Positions 34,342 through 40,616 of a DNA stretch of 49,837 nucleotides are shown here, piece by piece (position 1 is the first letter of the stretch; each line of letters opens with the position of its first letter). The stretch comes from Candidatus Woesearchaeota archaeon UBA153 (GTDB lineage Archaea > Nanobdellota > Nanobdellia > Woesearchaeales > UBA525): assembly GCA_002503705.1 (NCBI GenBank), contig DASH01000093.1, forward strand, positions 1 through 49,837, given 5' to 3'. A program made the translations under genes and the position numbers. A model generated the notes under the pieces. The model had not been told where the DNA came from. It saw nothing but the letters and a program-made list of their open reading frames with translations, and ran no database searches.

Positions 34342-35187
34342 ATGAAATCGAAGAAGCAGAGTCTCTTTCCCGTATCGTGGTTGCAAGCCTTCGCTATCAT
34401 CTTGTTCATCGTGCTCGCGGCGAGCCTTGTCGTAATCGGCGTCCTGTACGCGAAGCAACGCGTTGCTCCCAGCGTTCCGAACCCCGTTCCGAGCGCGCCC
34501 GCAGCCGACCCGGTCGAGATGACGATCATCACGGCGCCGGAGTGCGCGGAGTGCTTCGACGCGAGCCTCTTGCAGCCGCAGCTCGAGCAGCTTAGCGTCG
34601 AGTTCAAGAAGGTCACTTCGCTCGCGAAGGACGACGCGAAGGCGAAGGCGCTCATCGCGAAGTACGCGATCACCAAGCTGCCCGCGTTCCTCCTCAGCGA
34701 TGAGCTCTCGCAGAACGCGCAGCTCGCGGAGGCGTGGTCTCGCGTCGGCACGGTCGCCGATGACGGTTCGTACGTGCTGCAAGGCGCGTTCCCGCCGTAC
34801 TATGACCTCGTCAAGGGCGAGGTGCGCGGTCTCGTCACGCTGACGGAAGTGTCGGACGCGTCTTGCACGGAGTGTTACGACGTCACGATGCACGAGGCGG
34901 TCTTAGGCCAGTTCGGCTTCGCCCTCGCGAGCATCGAGGCTGTCGACGTGGCGACCGCCGAGGGCGAGATGCTCGTGGCGAAGTATGATCTCACGCAAGT
35001 GCCGACGATCATCTTGAGCGCGGACGCTGGCTTGTACGCTGGTTTCGCCGCGGTCTGGGAGAGTGTGGGCACGGTTGAGGAGGACGGCTCGTTCGTCTTC
35101 AGGACGCTCTCCGCGATTGGCGAGCCGTATAAGGACTTGACGACCGGCGTCGTCGTCACGCCCACGGTCGCCGCGACGCCGGAGTAG
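34342..35187 (+). CDS. Membrane-anchored protein with two tandem thioredoxin-like domains (CAEC and CTEC)
   Basis: TM AFAIILFIVLAASLVVIGVLY. Repeated modules ..APECAECFD...AKYAITKLPAFLL and ..DASCTECYD...AKYDLTQVPTIIL. Confidence 0.7.
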   Translation: MKSKKQSLFPVSWLQAFAIILFIVLAASLVVIGVLYAKQRVAPSVPNPVPSAPAADPVEMTIITAPECAECFDASLLQPQLEQLSVEFKKVTSLAKDDAKAKALIAKYAITKLPAFLLSDELSQNAQLAEAWSRVGTVADDGSYVLQGAFPPYYDLVKGEVRGLVTLTEVSDASCTECYDVTMHEAVLGQFGFALASIEAVDVATAEGEMLVAKYDLTQVPTIILSADAGLYAGFAAVWESVGTVEEDGSFVFRTLSAIGEPYKDLTTGVVVTPTVAATPE

Positions 35188-35260
35188 GTTGTTCGAGAGC
35201 TCTTTTTTCTTCTTTTTCTTCTTTCTTCTCCGTTTTTATTCTTCTCATTCTTCTTCTCAT

Positions 35261-35398
35261 TCAGAGCCCTTCCAATGCCCTCCTCAGCAGGTCTTCTTCA
35301 ATCGCGTCCTCGAAGGTGTTCTTGCTCGTCAGGCGGTGCTTGACGAGCGGGTTGTCGCGCTCTTCGCACACGCCGGCATGGCAGGTCACGTTCTCCAT
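35261..35398 (-). CDS. Candidate small ORF (45 aa), function unknown
   Basis: Below the track length cut-off. Own translation: MENVTCHAGVCEERDNPLVKHRLTSKNTFEDAIEEDLLRRALEGL. gaggtga lies 7 nt upstream of the ATG. Strong G/C third-position bias, like real genes here. Confidence 0.35.
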   Translation of the reverse strand: MENVTCHAGVCEERDNPLVKHRLTSKNTFEDAIEEDLLRRALEGL

Positions 35399-35636
35399 CC
35401 TCATTCACCTCGTTCGTTCTGCTCTTCTCGCGGTCTTCGCCGCTCTTTTTTGTATGCTTCAACCCTTCAATCCCGCTTTTGAGAAACGTGAAAAATATTT
35501 CACACTTCCGCAAGTTTTATATACTAGGAACTCTTTTGACGCTCAAACAACTGATTGAACCAAGGGCGAATCGCTCAACGAGGCGCGCTCAACTTGACTC
35601 GTCCAACTTGACTCATCAGACAACGAGGTGGTCTCC

Positions 35637-36275
35637 ATGAAAAAACACGTCATCATCGCCCCACTCGGCGGGCCGAGCGAAACCATCTTCATCGGCATCA
35701 AAGAGTTCCCGACGGAAAGAGTGGTCCTCATCGCGCGCCCCGACGACCTGCGGGAAGCGGAGAACATCAAGAAAGACCTGGCGCGCTTCAAAGTCCCCGC
35801 CGCCATCGAGCGCATCAACGGCCCCTTGTGGGACGAGACGTTCCGCATCGTCAAGGAGATAGCGGCCGCGACGCCGAAAGAGTTGGAAGTCCTCATCAAT
35901 GTCGCTTCCGGCAAAGAGATGATGCGGTGCGCGGCGACGAGCGCGTCCTTCGTGAACGGCCTGAAAGCGTTCGGCGTGGATGAGCAAGGACAGGTCGTCC
36001 TCCTCCCCGTCCTCAAGTTCAGCTACTACACCTTGCTGAGCGACCGGAAGATGAAACTCTTATCCCTGCTCGCGCAAGAGGACTGCTGCGCCAGCCTGGA
36101 AGAGATCAGCCGTCGCACCAAGATGAGCCTCAGCCTCGTCAGCTATCACATCAACGGCAACCTGAAAAGCGAAGGGTTGAAACAGCTCGGCCTCATCGAG
36201 ACTGCGGAGCAAAGCGGCAGGGTTCACGTCAGCCTCACCACGATGGGACGCTTGCTGCTGAAAGGGTACGTGTAG
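35637..36275 (+). CDS. Csa3/HFX_2341-like regulator: CARF-like Rossmann N-domain plus C-terminal winged helix
   Basis: KKHVIIAPLGGPSETIFIGIKEFPTERVVLIA...INVASGKEMM (CARF-like strand-loop motifs). C-terminal LLSLLAQEDCCASLEEISRRTKMSLSLVSYHINGNLKSEGL (wHTH). ATG preceded by gaggtg. Confidence 0.6.
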   Translation: MKKHVIIAPLGGPSETIFIGIKEFPTERVVLIARPDDLREAENIKKDLARFKVPAAIERINGPLWDETFRIVKEIAAATPKELEVLINVASGKEMMRCAATSASFVNGLKAFGVDEQGQVVLLPVLKFSYYTLLSDRKMKLLSLLAQEDCCASLEEISRRTKMSLSLVSYHINGNLKSEGLKQLGLIETAEQSGRVHVSLTTMGRLLLKGYV

Positions 36276-36325
36276 GCATCGTCGACTTCGTGTCTTGTTC
36301 GGCCGCCGCATAGGTGGGTACGTCG

Positions 36326-36454
36326 CTGGCGCGGTAAAATTCATGGTCGTCATCGTGCGTCACCGTACGACATGATGCTGTTGCCGGACGAGAAAATCAC
36401 GACGTACGCTGTCGAGAAAATCCGTGCCGCGCCAGCATTGACGGGCAATGCCCG
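36326..36454. repeat. Family B structured repeat, copy B1
   Basis: CUGGCGCGG (36326-36334) ... CCGCGCCAG (36427-36435), then hairpin CGGGC-AAU-GCCCG (36442-36454). Shares GCUGGCGCGGYAAAAWUCAUGGUCGU and CGAGAAAWUCCGUGCCGCGCCAG with B3, and the 19-nt GGACGAGAAAAUCACGACG with B2. Confidence 0.55.
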
Positions 36455-36500
36455 ACTCGCAATTGCGGAAGCGACGATGTAGCGGTCGCTTTCTCCACAA

Positions 36501-36512
36501 CCCATAAAAACC
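36501..36512 (+). promoter_or_regulatory. TATA-like box for the 36533 gene
   Basis: cccataaaaacc, centred about 27 nt upstream of the ATG at 36533 (leaderless). Confidence 0.45.
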
Positions 36513-36532
36513 CCTCCGCGTATCGTGCGGCC

Positions 36533-37279
36533 ATGCCGCCGCCGAGACTCCCGAAAGGCAACCAGCCGCCCATGCCGCGCATGAAACGCGACGTGGAAGC
36601 AGAAGACGCGCCGCAAGGGTCGGAGTGGAAGGAGAACCTCGTCGCGCTCATCGTCGTCGCGATCGTCGCAGTCTCCGCCTACCTCCTCCTCTCCGGCACG
36701 CTTTTCCCAGAACCCGTCCCTGTCCCGCTCGAGAACCGAACGTTCCTCATCAGCACTGGCGGCGACCCGCGCCTCGGGAGCGACGACGCGCCCGTCACGA
36801 TCATCGCGTTCATCGACTACGACTCCCCCTCGTGCAACGACTTCATGCGCGACACGCTCCCCCGGCTCAAGATGGACTACCTTGACCCTGGCACGGCCAG
36901 TCTCGTCATCCGCAACTTCCCACTCGAAATCCACGCTGACGCCCTGCCCCTCGCGATCGCCGCGACGTGCGCGGACGACCAAGGAAAATTCTGGGAGATG
37001 CACGACGCGATTTTCGCGCACGACGGCGCGTTCACGAGCGCGTGGATGGGCGAGACGGCGCGACACCTCGGCCTCGATGCAGCGTCGTTCGCCGCGTGCA
37101 ACGCCGACCCCGCGACGGCGAGCCGCATCGATGAAGACGTGCGCGAAGCCATCACTGCCGGCGGCGTCTCCTCCGTGCCCACGTTCTTCATCGACGGGCG
37201 ACGGCTCGTCGGCAATCGACCGTACGAAGAGTTCACCGCTCTCATCGACCGGGGAGCGGCGCAAAGCGGGAAAATATAA
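36533..37279 (+). CDS. Membrane-anchored DsbA-family thioredoxin-fold protein with SPSC in place of CxxC
   Basis: TM LVALIVVAIVAVSAYLLL. APVTIIAFIDYDSPSCNDF...FPLEIHADALPLAIAATCADDQGKFWEMHDAIF...GVSSVPTFFIDGRRLVG. Confidence 0.7.
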   Translation: MPPPRLPKGNQPPMPRMKRDVEAEDAPQGSEWKENLVALIVVAIVAVSAYLLLSGTLFPEPVPVPLENRTFLISTGGDPRLGSDDAPVTIIAFIDYDSPSCNDFMRDTLPRLKMDYLDPGTASLVIRNFPLEIHADALPLAIAATCADDQGKFWEMHDAIFAHDGAFTSAWMGETARHLGLDAASFAACNADPATASRIDEDVREAITAGGVSSVPTFFIDGRRLVGNRPYEEFTALIDRGAAQSGKI

Positions 37280-37303
37280 AAGGGGCTCTTCCTGGGAGAC
37301 GCC

Positions 37304-37975
37304 ATGCGCCATCACGGGTCTGAACGGGTCGGCTTCCTCTTCCTCCTCGCCTTCCTCCTCTTCGCGATCATCCTTCTCCTCACGACGTGCACTCCCGCGG
37401 CGGAGACGGAAGATTGCGGCGTCGAAGCGGCGAAACGGGAATCGTTCGTCCAAGACTTGGTCGCCGAGAACACGGCGATGCGGAACAACCTCGACCTGCT
37501 CCACGAGACGCTCTTGCGGTGCGAAGTCCTCGCGCTCGAAGAGAACGAGACGCTCGGCATGTGCATCGACCGGTTGCAACAGCTCAGCGAGGCGCCGTTA
37601 GAGCGCGAACACCCGTACGCGCGCATCCCCGTCGAGAAGATACGGTTCTCTCCGGACGCGGTCACCATCCGGGTGCCGGGCGTCACGCCCGTCACGCTCG
37701 CCGACACGAACAGCATGGACCCGCTCGCCGACGCCGACACGAAAGTCCTCGTCATCAAGCCCGTGACGGCGCGAGACTTGCACGTCGGCGACATCATCGG
37801 CTACCGCTGCTCGACGTGCACCGAGGACGAGATCATCATGCATCGCATCGTCGCGATCGCCGAGGACGCGCAAGGCGTCTTTTACACGCTGAAAGGCGAC
37901 AACAACCCGGAACCGGACCCGGACAGGGTGCGATTCTCGCAAGTCGAAACGGTAGTCGTTGGAATAATATATTGA
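37304..37975 (+). CDS. S26-family signal peptidase I-like protein with long N-terminal TM plus coiled-coil extension
   Basis: TNSMDP (Ser box), GDIIGY, IIMHRIV (His box), LKGDNNPEPDP. N-terminal TM FLFLLAFLLFAIILLL. Confidence 0.7.
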   Translation: MRHHGSERVGFLFLLAFLLFAIILLLTTCTPAAETEDCGVEAAKRESFVQDLVAENTAMRNNLDLLHETLLRCEVLALEENETLGMCIDRLQQLSEAPLEREHPYARIPVEKIRFSPDAVTIRVPGVTPVTLADTNSMDPLADADTKVLVIKPVTARDLHVGDIIGYRCSTCTEDEIIMHRIVAIAEDAQGVFYTLKGDNNPEPDPDRVRFSQVETVVVGIIY

Positions 37976-37982
37976 TCCTTCA

Positions 37983-38155
37983 GCGACGCTGCCGTCCTTA
38001 AGGGCGAGCGTTGCTGCCGGGATAACAACAGATGCGGTGGGGGTCGCCCCGTGTTCGGGCAGAGCCCTCACGGGTCGCTCCGGGGCGTCGCGACCATCCG
38101 GGGGGAATCGCACACGACGTCCTGCATCGAAGAGCGAGCTGGACGGCAGCGTCGC
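37983..38155 (-). ncRNA. Family A structured element, copy A2 (173 nt, minus strand)
   Basis: RNA sense: closing helix GCGACGCUGCCGUCC / GGACGGCAGCGUCGC (15 bp). 5' junction AGCUCGCUC and 3' junction CGCUCGCCCUUAA are identical to A3. Inner helix UGCGAU / ACCGCA with flanking UCCCCCC and CCCCC. Confidence 0.55.
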
Positions 38156-38180
38156 AGCACGCCGAAAAAGCAGGTAACGG

Positions 38181-38357
38181 CTGGCGCGGCAAGAAGTCAG
38201 AGTCCGAATCGAAGTTCGACGACAGACGAAACGACGACGTTCATGGACGAGAAAATCACGACGGACGAGAAGAACGCGACGCACGACGGACAAGAACTGC
38301 GAAACGCGCGAGAACGAGGAACTCCGGGCCGCGCCAGCACGAACCGGGCACCGCCCG
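38181..38357. repeat. Family B structured repeat, copy B2 (longest)
   Basis: CUGGCGCGG (38181-38189) ... CCGCGCCAG (38329-38337), then hairpin CGGGC-ACC-GCCCG (38345-38357). It starts 25 nt from the end of A2. Confidence 0.5.
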
Positions 38358-38372
38358 ACCCCTCATTCGGAA

Positions 38373-38384
38373 AACTATAAAAAC
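38373..38384 (+). promoter_or_regulatory. TATA-like box for the 38406 gene
   Basis: aactataaaaac, centred about 27 nt upstream of the ATG at 38406. Confidence 0.45.
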
Positions 38385-38405
38385 TCGAGAGTGGTGACTG
38401 AACCC

Positions 38406-38663
38406 ATGCCTTCCCAACGCGCGCTCATCTTCCTCAGCATCCTCGTAGCCTTGCTCCTGCTCGGCGCGGTCGCCACGTTCACCGGCCTCGTCACGTACCA
38501 GGACACGGACGCGGGCGTCGTCGTCCGGCCGGACAACGTCGTCACGTTCGAGAACGGCGACCTGCGAACCTGCTGCACGTTCACCCTCGACGGCGAGCAG
38601 AAGACGTGCAGCGTCCTGCAACAGTACGACTGCAGTTATTGCAACGAGTACTGCGCGACGTAA
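38406..38663 (+). CDS. Small membrane-anchored or secreted Cys-rich protein (85 aa)
   Basis: MPSQRALIFLSILVALLLLGAVATFTG..., then 7 Cys in the last 40 residues (CC...C...C..C...C). The ATG is chosen from TATA spacing. The track ORF begins at GTG 38391. Confidence 0.6.
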   Translation: MPSQRALIFLSILVALLLLGAVATFTGLVTYQDTDAGVVVRPDNVVTFENGDLRTCCTFTLDGEQKTCSVLQQYDCSYCNEYCAT

Positions 38664-38672
38664 GAAGAATTC

Positions 38673-38984
38673 TTACCGTTTCCTGAGCGCGACTTCCGCC
38701 GCTTGCTCTTCCAAGTCTTTGATGCGGTGGCGTATCTTCTGGCAGAACCAATACTTGTCCCGCTCGTCCTTGATGAGGTGGAAGAGCACTTCGTCCTCGA
38801 GCACGTCGAGAATCCACGCGGCGAAGTCGTTCCGCGTCCCGATGACGTGCGTGCGGAAGACGTCCTCGCCCGTGTGCTCGATCGTGTCGACGAGACTGTA
38901 GATGTTCATCGCGCGCGTCCCGTTGCAGAACCAGAACCCTTTATCCGGTTGGACGTCTCGTAACGGATCTATCACGCAGCTCAC
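38673..38984 (-). CDS. Small conserved hypothetical protein, paralog of 30510-30770
   Basis: GFWFCNGTRAMNIYSLVDTIEHTGEDVFRTHVIGTRNDFAAWILDVLEDEVL aligns with RFFLHEGGELASLEDLFTELQSMKPHVFQHHVNADKNDFAVWVRDVMQDRFL. Confidence 0.65.
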   Translation of the reverse strand: MSCVIDPLRDVQPDKGFWFCNGTRAMNIYSLVDTIEHTGEDVFRTHVIGTRNDFAAWILDVLEDEVLFHLIKDERDKYWFCQKIRHRIKDLEEQAAEVALRKR

Positions 38985-39096
38985 CTCTCCTTCTCGTTGC
39001 TCTCAGCGTTTCAGTATTAATACTTAATCGTTTTTTGCTGAGCGCGAGCTCAGTACCGTGCAACGATGTTCGGTGGACGCGTAGTCCAGTACGCTG

Positions 39097-39202
39097 CTGG
39101 CGCGGCAAAAATCATGGTCGTGGTTCTGAACGGTACTGCTGTACTCGCGGGAACTTTGACGAGAAATTCCGTGCCGCGCCAGTACTGACCCGCCGCGGCG
39201 GG
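39097..39202. repeat. Family B structured repeat, copy B3 (shortest)
   Basis: CUGGCGCGG (39097-39105) ... CCGCGCCAG (39174-39182), then hairpin CCCGC-CGCG-GCGGG (39189-39202). The flanking CAGUA/UACUG can extend the helix across a 5-nt bulge. Confidence 0.55.
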
Positions 39203-39326
39203 CGTCCATCTTGCCGAGATTGAATATCGTTGAAAACGACCATTTTTCTCGTGTTTCCACTTTCGAGTGGAGAGAACTATTTATAAGGCTTGTCGGCTTA
39301 CGTTGTAAGAAGAAAGGGGGTTTTTG

Positions 39327-40535
39327 ATGCTCACGCTTGACTTGCATACGTTACCGGGAGACTTCTCAATCCTCCACGAGAAACTCGCGCAGATTAAGAA
39401 CTCGCCACGGCCAGCGTTCGCGAACTACGCTCCGGACTACGGGGTCCTGTATAGCCTCGCGGGCAAGTACGCGGGGACGACGCACTTCATCATCATCGGT
39501 CGCGGGGGCAGCGTGACCGGCTTCAAGGCCTTGTATGACGCGCTCGCCGCGATGAAGACGTCGAAGAAGGTCCACCTGCTCGACACGATCGACCCTGACT
39601 ATACGGCGTACTTGCAACGCACCTGCCACCCCGACGACACGCTCGTCATCGCGATCAGCAAGAGCGGCGATACCGTCGACGTCTTGGAGAACCTGCTGTG
39701 CTTCCCACACCATAAGAAGATCGTCGTGACGGAGAACAAAAACGGCGCGTTGGCGAAGTTCGCCGAGGCGAAACAGTTGGAAGTCGTCAAGCACCCGTCC
39801 ATCGGCGGCAGGTTCTCGACGGGCACGGAGTGCGCGTTCCTGCCGGGAGCGCTCATCTACGTTGACGTGCGCAGCGTCGGCGGCGGCTTGAACGCCATCC
39901 ACGCCGCATGCGACCCGTCGCAACCAATCGAGCGGAACCCGGCGTTGCGCCTCGCCGCCGCCCTCTACTTGGCGGAGCAGAAAGGCCTGACGGAAGTCTA
40001 CGCTCCCCTCTACAGCAAGGCGCTCGCGGGGTGCGCGGAACTCTTCACGCAACTCTTGCACGAGAGCGCGTGCAAGCAAGGGCGAGGCCAGACGTTCTTG
40101 TTCATGGAGGCGCCGGAGTGCCAGCACCACAGCAACCAGAAGTTCTTCGACGGTCCGCGCCGCATGGCCGGCGTTTTCACGCGCGTCGAGCGGCCGGAGC
40201 ACGACGTCTCGATTCCGGAAGACCCTGTGGCCTCCTCGGTCGTCGCCCCCGGCATCCCGCTCAAATCGTTGCTGGGCGAGCGTCTCGCGGACGCGATGCG
40301 GTTCGAGTATGAAGGCGTGCGCGGCGCGGCCGATGCCTCGAACATCCCGAATGCGACGGTCACACTCGATGTCTTGAATCCCGGCACGTTGGGCGAGCTG
40401 ATCGGCTTCTGGGAGTACGTCGCCGTCTACTCCTCGTTGCTCCGGAACGTTGACCCGTTCGACCAGCCCGGCGTGGAAGCGTCCAAGCGTTTGAGCCGCG
40501 AAAAGCGTCTGGAAGCCCTGAAACCGCGTTATTAG
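39327..40535 (+). CDS. pgi: Glucose-6-phosphate isomerase (SIS-domain PGI family)
   Basis: IIIGRGGSVTGFKAL, ISKSGDTVDVLENL, GGRFSTGTECAFLPGAL. ATG preceded by aaaggggg. TATA-like ctatttataagg at 39278-39289. Confidence 0.8.
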   Translation: MLTLDLHTLPGDFSILHEKLAQIKNSPRPAFANYAPDYGVLYSLAGKYAGTTHFIIIGRGGSVTGFKALYDALAAMKTSKKVHLLDTIDPDYTAYLQRTCHPDDTLVIAISKSGDTVDVLENLLCFPHHKKIVVTENKNGALAKFAEAKQLEVVKHPSIGGRFSTGTECAFLPGALIYVDVRSVGGGLNAIHAACDPSQPIERNPALRLAAALYLAEQKGLTEVYAPLYSKALAGCAELFTQLLHESACKQGRGQTFLFMEAPECQHHSNQKFFDGPRRMAGVFTRVERPEHDVSIPEDPVASSVVAPGIPLKSLLGERLADAMRFEYEGVRGAADASNIPNATVTLDVLNPGTLGELIGFWEYVAVYSSLLRNVDPFDQPGVEASKRLSREKRLEALKPRY

Positions 40536-40616
40536 GGCGTTTGAGGGTTCTCGTTTCGTCGCGGACTCCTTTTTCCTTTCTCGTCGGAGACCTATCATAA
40601 ACTTTATAAATAAACT

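Noticed and set aside
36350-37579. 409-aa minus-strand ORF, and 39366-40598 (410 aa) antisense to pgi
   Set aside because: They overlap the DsbA-like, signal-peptidase and pgi genes, which have family motifs. The 36350 ORF also runs through repeat B1.
38316-38330. gaggaactccgggcc in B2 resembles the RNase P CR-I motif GAGGAAAGUCCGGGC
   Set aside because: The match is imperfect (AAAGU versus AACU). The other universal RNase P motifs are not visible nearby, and the string sits inside one copy of a multi-copy repeat.
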